Below are positions 16,931-26,510 of a DNA stretch of 64,000 nucleotides, one piece after another. The notes beneath the pieces were generated by a model. That model worked only from the letters and a program-made list of their open reading frames with translations. It made no database searches and was not told the origin of the DNA. Numbering within the stretch: position 1 is the first letter of the stretch; each line of letters begins with the position of its first letter. This stretch comes from Dehalococcoidia bacterium (GTDB lineage Bacteria > Chloroflexota > Dehalococcoidia > Lucifugimonadales > UBA1123). A program made the translations under genes and the position numbers. The stretch is from the NCBI GenBank assembly GCA_963664365.1, contig OY761144.1, positions 425,596 to 489,595 of the forward strand. Reading direction: 5' to 3'.

Positions 16931-17161
16931 TTGTCTGAAGCAGGATTTAGGGGATTCCCGCCCGGATGGGACGAGGAGCGCGTCCGCAGCGTTCTTGAAT
17001 ACTACGAATGGCAGACAGAGGATGAAGCCGTGGCGGAAGACGAGGCCGCCTATGAGGACCCGACGCACGCGATGATGACGATTCCCAAAGAACTGGTTCC
17101 TGCGGTCAGGGAGTTGCCGGCGAAACACGACAGTCCACAGTCAACGCCAACCGTAAGCTAA
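16931..17161 (+). CDS. Small conserved hypothetical protein (start uncertain)
   Basis: 76-aa ORF. The segment PPGWDEERVRSVLEYYEWQTEDEAVAEDEAAYED...IPKELVPAVREL resembles a small acidic protein family. The first ~9 codons (TTG start) are repeat-derived, so the true start is unclear. Confidence 0.3.
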   Translation: MSEAGFRGFPPGWDEERVRSVLEYYEWQTEDEAVAEDEAAYEDPTHAMMTIPKELVPAVRELPAKHDSPQSTPTVS

Positions 17162-17259
17162 TCGCCCCCGCTTCGGGCAGAATATCTAGGACGCGATCAG
17201 CCGGGTGTAGGGGGAGTGTTTCATCCTACCCGTAAGGTTAGAGCATCGACTGTTCCCCT

Positions 17260-18306
17260 CTACCCCCACGGATCCAGCACTACCTTGCCGCACGCGCCGG
17301 TAGCCTGCAGTTCCCACGCCTGCTGAACCTGACTCATCGGGAAGGTGTGTGAGATGTACCTGTCCAGCTTGTCGCCGGACTCCTGGATGACCTTCATCAG
17401 CTTGGGATAATTCCCGTAGTTCATGGTCCAGTTGCCGCGCAGCGTCAGTCCCTTGCTGCCCAAGTCTCTCAGGACGTGAAGGGTAAGGTCACTGCCCTCT
17501 CCGGGGAATCCGACGTGGCCCTTGGGCCGGACGGCGTCTATGCAGAGTCTCTGCGCCTGGGCCACCGCTGAGCAGTCCACGGCCTTGTCAACTCCGACTC
17601 CTCCGGTGAGGTCCATGATCTGTTCGAGCGCCCTGCCATCGCTCGGATCGATTACGACCTCGGCGCCCAGCTCTTTGCCGAGGTTGGCTCGGTAGGGGAT
17701 GCTCTCGACCGCGATGATGCGCGCGCCTCGATAGCTCGCGTTGATCACGCCGCCCAGTCCCACAGGCCCCAGGCCGGTGATGAGAACCGTGTCGAACGCG
17801 TCGAGCCGCATTAGGTCCATAGCCTCGAAGCTCGGAGCCATGCCGCACAGTCCCGCGCTCGCGTGCTTGTAGCTGACGCCGTCGGGAATCGGGAAGCATA
17901 GCCAGTCCTTTTGGAGAACGTACTGGGCATATCTCGGTCGCAATTTGCCTGTGTAGGTCTCTCGCCGGCAGTGAACAATCTCACCTGTGTCACACATTGG
18001 GCAGACGCCGCATCCCCACCACCACATGACCACGACGCGGTCGCCCACCCCTACCCGGCCGGGGTTGTCCACCTCTACCACCTCACCTACGGCTTCATGC
18101 CCAAAGCTGTCGCCCACGTTGGGGCCTCCTACGGGCACAGGCTCTCCCAACTCCATATCCCACCTGGCGCCGTCGCGGTATGACTTGTACTCCGTACAAG
18201 TTGCGGTGACGTGTATCTTGACGAGGACATAGTCGTCTTTCGGGGCCGGAGTCGGTCTATCGACCACGCCCGCCGTGCCATCTTCGAACACTGCCACTAC
18301 TTTCAT
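17260..18306 (-). CDS. Zinc-dependent alcohol dehydrogenase family (MDR) oxidoreductase
   Basis: Start MKVVAVFEDG at 18306. Motifs GHEAVGEVVEV, the structural-zinc Cys cluster CGVCPMCDTGEIVHC and the Rossmann motif ITGLGPVGLG. Confidence 0.8.
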   Translation of the reverse strand: MKVVAVFEDGTAGVVDRPTPAPKDDYVLVKIHVTATCTEYKSYRDGARWDMELGEPVPVGGPNVGDSFGHEAVGEVVEVDNPGRVGVGDRVVVMWWWGCGVCPMCDTGEIVHCRRETYTGKLRPRYAQYVLQKDWLCFPIPDGVSYKHASAGLCGMAPSFEAMDLMRLDAFDTVLITGLGPVGLGGVINASYRGARIIAVESIPYRANLGKELGAEVVIDPSDGRALEQIMDLTGGVGVDKAVDCSAVAQAQRLCIDAVRPKGHVGFPGEGSDLTLHVLRDLGSKGLTLRGNWTMNYGNYPKLMKVIQESGDKLDRYISHTFPMSQVQQAWELQATGACGKVVLDPWG

Positions 18307-18334
18307 GACGGACCCCCTAGTCCTATGCGTTCTA

Positions 18335-19252
18335 TCAATTGTAATGCCTCTGGAGCTCCGAAGCGTACTCGCTCCCGAGCAGGCTCGCGTTATCGTCCAG
18401 CCACTCCGACAGCCGCGTCGTGCCCGGAGGCGGCTCGCCGGACTTCGACACAAGCAGGTCGGCGGTCAGCCCGTCGATCTCGTCGCGGGTCAGAACCACG
18501 TCCCGCACCAGAAGCCCCATCAGCCTCGCTCCGAGCATGGCTGCCGACCTGCTGACGCTCACCAGCCGCGACGACGCTCCGATCTTTTCTTTGACGAGTT
18601 GCACCAACTCCCGGTAGGTGAACACCTCTGGGCCGACGGCGTCGATCTCTACGTTCTCGCTTTCGGGGGCCAGCTTGACCGCGATGTCGGCTAGGTCTTC
18701 TACGGAGATCGGCTGTACCCTGTATTCACCCGACCCGGCTATCGGGTGGATGGGGAACCTGCGCAGCATCCACGCGATGTTGTTTAGCAGGATGTCCTCG
18801 CGTCCGAATATGAGCGTCGGCCTGAGAATGGCGTAGGACAGCCCGGACTCCCTGAGCGCCTGCTCGGCGAGCGCCTTGCCCCTGAAGTAGGGCAGCGGGG
18901 AGTCTTCGGTCGCGTTGGTTATGCTGACGTGGACGACTCGGCGGACGCCCGCGGTCCTTGCGGCGTCGAACAGCGTCCGCAGGTTCTCGACCGCGCGGTC
19001 GTGAGTCAGATCGCCCTTGGCGAACCTGATCCAGTAGGTGTTGAACAGCGTGTCGGCGCCTTCGAGGCCGGAGGAGAGCGCGTCGGGGTCGTCGAAGCTG
19101 TAAGGGCGCATTTCGACGCGTTCGCCGAACGGGCTGGGGCGGTCCGGGTGGCCTGTCAGCGACCGGACCTCAGCGCCGCCGTCCAGCAGACGCCGGGCGA
19201 TGTACCGGCCGGTATAGCCCGAGGCTCCGGTGACGACGTGGGTCTGGGTCAT
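18335..19252 (-). CDS. NAD(P)H-binding NmrA/atypical-SDR family protein
   Basis: Start MTQTHVVTGASGYTGRYIARRLL at 19252, giving the glycine-rich dinucleotide fold motif TGASGYTG. 305 aa. Confidence 0.75.
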   Translation of the reverse strand: MTQTHVVTGASGYTGRYIARRLLDGGAEVRSLTGHPDRPSPFGERVEMRPYSFDDPDALSSGLEGADTLFNTYWIRFAKGDLTHDRAVENLRTLFDAARTAGVRRVVHVSITNATEDSPLPYFRGKALAEQALRESGLSYAILRPTLIFGREDILLNNIAWMLRRFPIHPIAGSGEYRVQPISVEDLADIAVKLAPESENVEIDAVGPEVFTYRELVQLVKEKIGASSRLVSVSRSAAMLGARLMGLLVRDVVLTRDEIDGLTADLLVSKSGEPPPGTTRLSEWLDDNASLLGSEYASELQRHYN

Positions 19253-19564
19253 GGGTGGGTCTGCCTGAGGTGTCTCTTGCCGGGACGAACACAGTGGTTG
19301 ACCAATCGATAATCTATGATACACTATGTATGATCCATGAACTCGGCAGGGCGGGCTAGCCCGTGACCTGAGAGTACATGGAAGGGGGTGTGCATGTGAT
19401 CAGTGCGTACCTCAGCCATATCGGTATGGCGGTGGCTGGTTGGACGCGGTTACATCGAGCCTAGACACAACGAAGTCTGCGAGCGAGCCATAGCACCACC
19501 GCATTGAGCCGTTGATGGTTCAAGAGCTCGAACGGATATCGGATTTAGACTAAGACCCGCCGAT

Positions 19565-20359
19565 TTAGGTGGGTTTTTGTTTTCCTATCGAATGTATCCG
19601 ACTCGCGTTCTTGGATCCCCGTATGTGGGCGTTCGGGTATATGTTGACATGCCCATTACGTCTTATCTTCCATGTTTCCCATGTATTGGTGATTGTATGA
19701 GAATTACGTTGGGAGGAAACGTCCCAGTGAAATCCTTGGACTAAGGTACGACCTGCGACCTGCAAAATCAGTTGGCCATGCATCTGCTGAGCAGGTGGAC
19801 GCTTCCAGAGTAGTTCATTGTCGTCATACCTTGAGCTCTGCCGTCCATGATCCCGTTCGAATCGTTGCCGACCGTCTGACGTGACTAGATCGTACTTGCC
19901 AAGGTCAGTCTCAAACACATGGAACGGCAGGCAGCGAGGATCGGCCTCGCCTTCGCATCCCACCTCCTGAATCCATGATCGAAAGGCATCAGCGGAATCC
20001 GCCCACTGCTCACTGAATCTATTGGGGCCAATTCGATGGTGGAACGCCTTGTACTGAACGAATCGTCTCAAAGGTACGTAGCGCCTCGGAGAGTTCTTTG
20101 GATTGGGCCTGATGGGCACATTGGCGTCGTTCAACTGCCAGACACCTATACTCCTGGTATGAATGCTCCGGTAGAGGTTGGTCGCATCTTCAGGAGTCAC
20201 CTTTTGGATTGGCCTGCCGGTCGGGAACCTGATCTGGGATGTAGATCGTTCGTAAAGTCTCCAGCCTTCATCCTCGCACTTCGATCTGACTGCATCTCTA
20301 ATGGAGTCTCCGCCTCCCCTGGGATAGAACAGCCAAACCTCGGGAGTCGAATCTGTCAT
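19565..20359 (-). CDS. Hypothetical protein (no recognisable family), second gene of an AT-rich two-gene cassette
   Basis: 264 aa. Its start overlaps the upstream stop (ATGA at 20356-20359). Composition is AT-richer than the flanks. The C-terminal region contains GFHWDVS and GHVNIYPNAHIRG. Confidence 0.5.
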   Translation of the reverse strand: MTDSTPEVWLFYPRGGGDSIRDAVRSKCEDEGWRLYERSTSQIRFPTGRPIQKVTPEDATNLYRSIHTRSIGVWQLNDANVPIRPNPKNSPRRYVPLRRFVQYKAFHHRIGPNRFSEQWADSADAFRSWIQEVGCEGEADPRCLPFHVFETDLGKYDLVTSDGRQRFERDHGRQSSRYDDNELLWKRPPAQQMHGQLILQVAGRTLVQGFHWDVSSQRNSHTITNTWETWKIRRNGHVNIYPNAHIRGSKNASRIHSIGKQKPT

Positions 20360-21261
20360 ACTCTGGACTGTCTCGTCACGCGGAGTACGGCCTCGCTAGG
20401 TAGGCTGAGCCCCGACAACTCTTCGTGAGTCATCTTGCGAACCACTGCTATGACCAACTCTCTGAGCCCTTCTGTTTCGGAAGGACTTCTCACCGGCCGC
20501 CTATTGGCTGACGACGCCATATCGTCAGGAGGTTCTAATCCAGAATCAGAAAACCATCTCTGAAGGTGAGCAAACACTTTGTCACGAAAGAATCGGTTCC
20601 ACTTGGGTATCAACTGAGTGGGTAGGCGAGATGTTCCAAGATGTAGTTGTATCCACTCTTTAGTCTGCTCCACCTCCATATGGGTCAGTTCGAGTGTGCG
20701 CGTCACCTCGCTAAGGAACTCCTGCCGCCATTCGCGCTGGAGATCGGCAGTAACAGTGTCGATAACTGGGTTGCGGTCAAAGTCCTGCCCGGGTCTGGCA
20801 TCCTTCCTGGCAATGTCCCATACGTAGGTCGTTCCGCTCGAGTAGTCCAGCACAGCCTGCCAGAGGTCGGACCTTATATGATATGTGGTCGATGTGTAGT
20901 CAGTACCCGCGGGCGATAGCTGGTCCGCATCTATACTGAACAACTCAACGATCGGCGGGAATACAGAGTCATCCACCCGTAGAGTATCCGGGTAGCGAGA
21001 CACGAAGTCCATGAAACTGGACGCGCCGTATTGGGACTCATTGAACTTCCGTCGAGTCACGTCGAGCAATCTATTCTTCAGAACCGCTGTCGTCATCCGA
21101 CGCCAATCCGGTTTGCCTGAGCTACGCGCCTCTTGAAATGCACGAGTTATCAGACGCTCAGCGTCCTGAGACTTCTCCGCCAAATCTTGGGGCAGAGTGC
21201 CACCGTCCGGAAGTTGCTGGTACGGCGATCCGCCTGATTCTTTTATCTCCTGGCCGCCCAT
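20356..21261 (-). CDS. OST-HTH/LOTUS-like domain protein with an unknown C-terminal domain
   Basis: 301 aa. The segment KPDWRRMTTAVLKNRLLDVTRRKFNESQYGASSFMDFVSRYPDTLRVD fits the OST-HTH pattern (W..ls.l...l......F....yG...l.dfl...pd). Confidence 0.45.
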   Translation of the reverse strand: MGGQEIKESGGSPYQQLPDGGTLPQDLAEKSQDAERLITRAFQEARSSGKPDWRRMTTAVLKNRLLDVTRRKFNESQYGASSFMDFVSRYPDTLRVDDSVFPPIVELFSIDADQLSPAGTDYTSTTYHIRSDLWQAVLDYSSGTTYVWDIARKDARPGQDFDRNPVIDTVTADLQREWRQEFLSEVTRTLELTHMEVEQTKEWIQLHLGTSRLPTQLIPKWNRFFRDKVFAHLQRWFSDSGLEPPDDMASSANRRPVRSPSETEGLRELVIAVVRKMTHEELSGLSLPSEAVLRVTRQSRV

Positions 21262-21497
21262 AGCGCCTCACCATCCTCGGACACATTATAACCTGCCAGC
21301 CTCAACTCCCATTCTAGCCCCGCCTTAGATTCTTGACAACGCGATTGGCCCGTTGATACGATTCCGATGCTCAAATCCCTTCTTGTAGTGAAGCAGGCTG
21401 ACGCCGGTTTCCCCTCGCTTCAGGCCCGTCGTCCCGTTGCGCTTTGACGGCGGCCCTAGCATGAGAGGACGCCCGCGCACGATGGAGGATCGCGTAC

Positions 21498-22721
21498 TTG
21501 TCCCACGTAAGCTGTCTGCGCTGCCGAGGGTGCGACAGGGAGTACCCAGTCGAAGCCCTCAACGCGTGCGACTTCTGCTTTGGGCCGCTGGAGGTCGAGT
21601 ACGACTACGCCAGCATCTCCAAGGCGGTCAGCCGCGAGAGCATCGCCGCCGGCCCCAACACCATGTGGCGCTACCACGACTTTCTGCCCGTGACCGCGGA
21701 CCGCGCGCTGGACATGGCGACCGGCTTCACCCCGCTGATACACGCGCATAACCTGGGCAGGCGTCTGGGCCTGAGCAACCTATACGTCAAGAACGACAGC
21801 GTCAACCCAACGTACTCATTCAAGGACAGGGTCGTATCGGTCGCCGCGGCAAAGGCGCTGGAGTTCGAGTTCGACACGTTCGCCTGCGCGTCCACCGGCA
21901 ACCTGATGGGTTCGGTCGCGGCGCACGGGGCCAAGGCCGGAGTGCCGACGGTGGTCTTCTTCCCCGCCAACCTCGAGAAGGGCAAGGTGCTCGGAGCGGG
22001 CGTCTATGGCGCGACCCTCATCGCCGTGGACGGCACTTACGACCAGGTCAACCGGCTGTGCAGCGAACTGGCCGACAATCACCGCTGGGCGTTCGTCAAC
22101 GTCAACATGCGGCCATACTACGCCGAGGGCAGCAAGACGCTCGGCTACGAGGTCGCCGAGCAGCTTGGCTGGCAGGCGCCCGACCACTGCGTCGTGCCCG
22201 GCGCGTCCGGCGAGTTGTTCACCAAGATACACAAGGGCTTCACAGAGATGCTCGACGTGGGCCTGATCGACGAGGCGGACTCGCGGATGCACATAGCGCA
22301 GGCCGAGGGCTGCGCTCCCATCGTCCAGGCATACGAGCGCGGCGATACCGAGGCGCTGCCCGTCCGTCCGGACACCATCGCCAAGTCGCTCGCCATAGGC
22401 AACCCTGCGTCAGGCCCGTTCGCGCTCAGGACTATCCGCGACTCCGACGGCTCCGGCGTCATGGCTATGGAGAACGAGATAGTGGACGGCATCAAGCTGC
22501 TGGCCGAGACTGAGGGCATCTTCACCGAGACGGCGGGCGGAGTTGTTATTTCCGGTCTGAAGCGCCTCGTCGAAGACGGCACGATCGGCCCGGACGACCT
22601 CACCGTGGCATACGTCACCGGCAACGGCCTGAAGACCATGGAGGTCGTCGAGTCCGTTGTCGATACGGTGCGGATAGCCCCGACGTATGGCTCGTTCGAA
22701 GAAGCGATGGCGGCCCGATAG
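21498..22721 (+). CDS. Threonine synthase-family PLP enzyme (ThrC or ThrC-like MetM candidate)
   Basis: TTG start 8 nt after GGAGGA. N-terminal zinc-ribbon CLRCRGCDREY...CDFC, the PLP-lysine region NPTYSFKDR and glycine-rich loops. 407 aa. Confidence 0.8.
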   Translation: MSHVSCLRCRGCDREYPVEALNACDFCFGPLEVEYDYASISKAVSRESIAAGPNTMWRYHDFLPVTADRALDMATGFTPLIHAHNLGRRLGLSNLYVKNDSVNPTYSFKDRVVSVAAAKALEFEFDTFACASTGNLMGSVAAHGAKAGVPTVVFFPANLEKGKVLGAGVYGATLIAVDGTYDQVNRLCSELADNHRWAFVNVNMRPYYAEGSKTLGYEVAEQLGWQAPDHCVVPGASGELFTKIHKGFTEMLDVGLIDEADSRMHIAQAEGCAPIVQAYERGDTEALPVRPDTIAKSLAIGNPASGPFALRTIRDSDGSGVMAMENEIVDGIKLLAETEGIFTETAGGVVISGLKRLVEDGTIGPDDLTVAYVTGNGLKTMEVVESVVDTVRIAPTYGSFEEAMAAR

Positions 22722-22748
22722 GTCAGGCAGGCGAGAGGCAGGCGCGAT

Positions 22749-22991
22749 ATGGCGAGGCGACGAGTCAAATTCACTTTTCCCACTCGGCTAATTACCGAGC
22801 CGGTCATCTACGAACTCGGCCACCGCTACAAGGTCGTGACCAACATCCGGCGCGCCGACGTGCGGGAGGAGATGGGTTGGGTCGTTCTCGAGCTCGAAGG
22901 TTCAGAGGACGAGATTACCAACGGTCTCGAATGGGTCATGAATACCGGAGTCCGCGTCGATTCCGTCAGCGGAGACGTCATCGAGGGCTGA
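22749..22991 (+). CDS. NIL-domain protein
   Basis: 80 aa. The sequence VKFTFPTRLITEPVIYELGHRYKVVTNIRRADVREEMGWVVLELEGSEDEITNGLEWV resembles the MetN C-terminal NIL domain. Confidence 0.55.
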   Translation: MARRRVKFTFPTRLITEPVIYELGHRYKVVTNIRRADVREEMGWVVLELEGSEDEITNGLEWVMNTGVRVDSVSGDVIEG

Positions 22992-23074
22992 TCGGATAGC
23001 CCCCTACCCTCGAAACAGGCAAACGACACAGAACTATTTGCAGCTTACCCTAAGATTTCGGAGGTCCGGCACAC

Positions 23075-23350
23075 ATGGCAATTACGGTGAGGATACCGAC
23101 CCCTCTCCGCCGCGTAACTGACGGTCAGGACAAGGTTGATGCCAGCGGCGCGACGCTCAGGGAGATCATCGACTCGATGGAGAGCCAGTTCCCCGGCATC
23201 AAGGAGCGTCTGTGCGACGAGAACGGGGAACTGCGGAACTTCGTCAACGTGTACGTCAACGGCGAGGACGTGCGTTTCCTGGAGGGGATCGACTCGGCCA
23301 CCGGCGACGGCGACGAGATCAGCATCGTTCCGGCGGTGGCCGGAGGCTGA
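23075..23350 (+). CDS. CysO-like MoaD/ThiS-family sulfur-carrier protein (C-terminal GG)
   Basis: 91 aa ending IVPAVAGG. Closely resembles mycobacterial CysO as recalled (..FVNIYVNDEDVRF....DGD.V.ILPAVAGG). Confidence 0.75.
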   Translation: MAITVRIPTPLRRVTDGQDKVDASGATLREIIDSMESQFPGIKERLCDENGELRNFVNVYVNGEDVRFLEGIDSATGDGDEISIVPAVAGG

Positions 23351-23443
23351 CGTTTAGCCAACACTCGCAACGCCCGACCTCTGGTTCCCCGACCTCCGCC
23401 GGGATGTCGGGAGGGTGGTACCGGCGGGCAACGTTTCGGCCGC

Positions 23444-24844
23444 CTAGCCTTCCTTGATGGCCGCCACCAGTTTCATGACCATCTCCTTCGCGTCTCCGAA
23501 GAGCATGAGGGTGTTGTCGGCAGCGAACAGGGGATTCGCAATGCCCGCGAACCCGGGTCCAAGGCTTCGCTTGATGACGACGACGGAGCGGGCCTCGTCC
23601 ACATTGAGAATCGGCATGCCGGCGATTGGTATCGAAGGGTCCGCATCCCTGGCCATTGGGTTGACGACATCGTTGGCGCCGAGGACCAGAACCAAGTCGG
23701 TCTGTCGGAACGTGACGTTGATCTCGTCCATATCCTTCAGTCGCTCGTAGGGAATGTTGGCCTCCGCCAGCAGGACGTTCATGTGCCCAGGCATCCGACC
23801 GGCTACGGGGTGGATCGCGAACTCCACCTCCACGCCGTTCGATTCTAGTATTCCCACCAGTTCCTGCACGGCGTACTGGGCTTGGGCGGTGGCCATACCG
23901 TACCCGGGAGCGATGACCACGCGTTGAGCGCCGTCGAGCAGCATCGCTACCTCCTCGGGCGAGGCTGACTTCACACGTCCAGCATAGATGTCATCGCTCT
24001 CAGCGGCGGTTGCCACGGTCGCGCCCACTCCGGCGAACATGATATTAGGCAGCGAGCGGTTCATGGCCCGCGACATCAGCACGGTCAGAATGAACCCGGC
24101 GGCGCCCACCAGCGAACCCGCGATAATCAGCACGCTGTTGTTGAGGACCCAGCCGTGTCCGGCGGCGGCGATCCCGGAGTAAGCGTTCAGGAGCGAGATG
24201 ACAACCGGCATGTCCGATCCGCCAATGGGGATTACGAGCATGATCCCGAGAAGAGCCGCGGCAGGCACCAGGAGCCAGAACGCCAGGGACGACGTGGGGT
24301 CCACCACCAGCCAGGCGCCCAACCCTAGGCATACGACCGCCAGCGCCACGTTGATGACGTGCCTGCCGGGCAACAGCACGGGTCTTTCGGGGAGCAGTCC
24401 CTGTAGTTTGCCGAAGGCGATTGCGCTCCCGGTGAGGGCAACGCCGCCGATGAGCCCGGTGGCGACCGCCGACAGGGTGAATTGCACGGATATCTCTTCG
24501 ACGAATCCACCTTTCAGCGCCTCCTCGATGGCCGCTCCTACGGCGAGCGCAGATGCGCCGCCGCCCAGGCCATTGAATACGGCCACCACCTGCGGCATCG
24601 CGTTTATCGACGCCCGATAGGCCATGACCGCCCCGATCAGGCCTCCTACGACGAGTCCAGCGACTATGACCTCGTAGCTGACGATTCTCCGGTCCAGCAG
24701 AGTGACCACAATGGCTATCAGCATTCCGGTCGACCCCATGAGGTTTCCCCGCACCGCGGCGCGGGGATGGGACAGTCCCTTCAGCCCAAGAATAAACAGG
24801 ACCGCCGCAAGGAGGTAGAAAAGGTGGATCGGTTCATTTGGCAT
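23444..24844 (-). CDS. pntB: NAD(P) transhydrogenase subunit beta
   Basis: Start MPNEPIHLFYLLAAVLFILGLKGLSHP at 24844, 2 nt after the pntAB stop. Multi-helix membrane domain plus C-terminal NADP(H) domain (..VVIAPGYGMA..GRMPGHMNVLLAEA..). 466 aa. Confidence 0.9.
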   Translation of the reverse strand: MPNEPIHLFYLLAAVLFILGLKGLSHPRAAVRGNLMGSTGMLIAIVVTLLDRRIVSYEVIVAGLVVGGLIGAVMAYRASINAMPQVVAVFNGLGGGASALAVGAAIEEALKGGFVEEISVQFTLSAVATGLIGGVALTGSAIAFGKLQGLLPERPVLLPGRHVINVALAVVCLGLGAWLVVDPTSSLAFWLLVPAAALLGIMLVIPIGGSDMPVVISLLNAYSGIAAAGHGWVLNNSVLIIAGSLVGAAGFILTVLMSRAMNRSLPNIMFAGVGATVATAAESDDIYAGRVKSASPEEVAMLLDGAQRVVIAPGYGMATAQAQYAVQELVGILESNGVEVEFAIHPVAGRMPGHMNVLLAEANIPYERLKDMDEINVTFRQTDLVLVLGANDVVNPMARDADPSIPIAGMPILNVDEARSVVVIKRSLGPGFAGIANPLFAADNTLMLFGDAKEMVMKLVAAIKEG

Positions 24845-24846
24845 GT

Positions 24847-25128
24847 TTAGTCGTTCCGCCTGAACATTCGGAGCATCCGATCGGTTACCAGGAAGCCGCC
24901 AACGACGTTGGCCGTTGCCATCGCCACGGCGATGAACCCCAGTATCGTGGTGAACGTGGTCAGCTGTTGGCCCGAGGTCACCAGCGTACCCACCAGCGTT
25001 ATGCCGGAGATTGCGTTTGCGCCCGACATGAGGGGTGTGTGGAGAAGGGGTGGCACCTTGCTGATCACTTCGAATCCGACGAACAGGGCCAGCACGAATA
25101 TGGTCAGCGCCAGTACGAACTCTTCCAT
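24847..25128 (-). CDS. pntAB: NAD(P) transhydrogenase subunit alpha part 2 (membrane)
   Basis: 93-aa hydrophobic protein with PLMSGANAISGI and MATANVVGGFLVTDRML. Confidence 0.85.
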   Translation of the reverse strand: MEEFVLALTIFVLALFVGFEVISKVPPLLHTPLMSGANAISGITLVGTLVTSGQQLTTFTTILGFIAVAMATANVVGGFLVTDRMLRMFRRND

Positions 25129-25145
25129 TATGAGATGCTCCTCTC

Positions 25146-26324
25146 TTACGTTGTCTCCGCAGCGGTTGGCACATCCAGCAGCTCGCGCACCCGAGAGTTG
25201 ACAACCTCTCCCTCGTGAGCGATTAGCGTGCTGCTGACTATCGGGTCGTTCATGTCGATCTGCATCTCGCCGTCGGTCACTATTTCCAGGAGAAATGCCG
25301 CGATGTTTCTGGCAAGCATCTGGCTCGCGTGGTAAGGCACCGTCGAGGGAAGGTTCAAGGGCCCCAGAATGCTAACCCCTCCCACCTCCACGGTCTCGCC
25401 GGGCCGAGTGAGTTCGCAGTTCCCACCGCTTTCGGCCGCCAGATCCAGGACTACGGAACCCGAGCGCATTCCTCGGACCATCTCCTCCGTGACCAGTGCC
25501 GGCGCCGGCCTGCCCGGAATCGCCGCGGTTGTGATGACCACGTCGCTGTCGCTTACGGCGCCGGCCATCATCTCGCGCTGGCGGCGGTAGAACTCGTCCC
25601 CCTGGTCCCTGGCATAGCCGCCGTCGCCCTCGGACCCGGAGGTGTCGAGCTCGATCTCCAAGAATCTTGCGCCCAAACTCTCGACCTGTTCCCTGACCTC
25701 GGCCCGGACGTCGTATGCCTGCACGACGCCACCCAGACGGCGGGACGTCGCGATGGCCTGAAGGCCAGCGACTCCGGCGCCGACTACGAATATTCGCGCG
25801 GGGGCGATTGTGCCTGCAGCAGTGATCATCATCGGGTAGATTCTGGGCAGGGCCTCGGCGGCCAGCAGTACGGCCTTGTAGCCCGCCACTGTGGCCATGG
25901 AGCTCAGGACGTCCATTGACTGGGCCCTGCTGATGCGGGGAAGCAGCTCAAGCGCGAAGGCGGTCATTCCGGCGTCCGCGAGCCGGCGGGCCGCCTCCGG
26001 GGCGCCGAGAGGGTCGAGAAGTCCCAGCGCCGTCTGGCCGGCATGCACCAGCTCCAGATCGGAGGAGGCCGCTTCGGAGTTCACTCCGAGCCCATGCACA
26101 CACAGAAGCACGTCGGCCGCAGATATTAGCTGCGTCCGATCCTTCGCGATCCGCGCACCTTGCGCCTCGTACTCTGAGTCGGAAAACCCGGCCTCCGCGC
26201 CCGCCCCGGCATCAACATGGACCTCCAGGCCAGCTTTGAGCAGAGAAGGCACGACTGCGGGCACTAGGGAGACTCGCCGCTCGCCAGGATAGCCCTCCCT
26301 AGGCACTCCAATGATCATCTGCAT
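25146..26324 (-). CDS. pntAA: NAD(P) transhydrogenase subunit alpha part 1 (alanine dehydrogenase-like)
   Basis: 392 aa. Motifs IGVPREGYPGERRVSLVP and the Rossmann motif VVGAGVAGLQAI. Confidence 0.9.
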   Translation of the reverse strand: MQMIIGVPREGYPGERRVSLVPAVVPSLLKAGLEVHVDAGAGAEAGFSDSEYEAQGARIAKDRTQLISAADVLLCVHGLGVNSEAASSDLELVHAGQTALGLLDPLGAPEAARRLADAGMTAFALELLPRISRAQSMDVLSSMATVAGYKAVLLAAEALPRIYPMMITAAGTIAPARIFVVGAGVAGLQAIATSRRLGGVVQAYDVRAEVREQVESLGARFLEIELDTSGSEGDGGYARDQGDEFYRRQREMMAGAVSDSDVVITTAAIPGRPAPALVTEEMVRGMRSGSVVLDLAAESGGNCELTRPGETVEVGGVSILGPLNLPSTVPYHASQMLARNIAAFLLEIVTDGEMQIDMNDPIVSSTLIAHEGEVVNSRVRELLDVPTAAETT

Positions 26325-26510
26325 TTCCAGCGTAAAAATTCGCGCATCATGGCAACCGCAGGATTATAGACCATCGGGACAAGATTCTCTATCCCGCGCG
26401 CGCTCCCGAGCCTGTCCCATATTAGTAGGCGACCTCTACTCCCCACCGCTGGATTCCGGCCTTCGCCGGAATCACCATGGCCTTGTCAGGCCACATAAGA
26501 GGGATGAAAA

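Noticed and set aside
19325-19564. 240-bp gap between the SDR gene and the AT-rich cassette, examined for a tRNA, a small RNA or an attachment site
   Set aside because: No cloverleaf or known RNA motif was recognised. The only features are a GGGCTAGCCC palindrome and a weak hairpin overlapping the stop of the 264-aa gene, followed by a T-run on the plus strand. No convincing direct repeat matches the other island border (21262-21497).
21330-21497. Possible riboswitch (SAM or Thr related) in the ~150-nt leader upstream of the thrC-like gene
   Set aside because: A TTGACA box is present at about 21332, but I could not recognise any SAM-I/II/V or other riboswitch consensus by eye. A covariance-model scan is needed before any claim.
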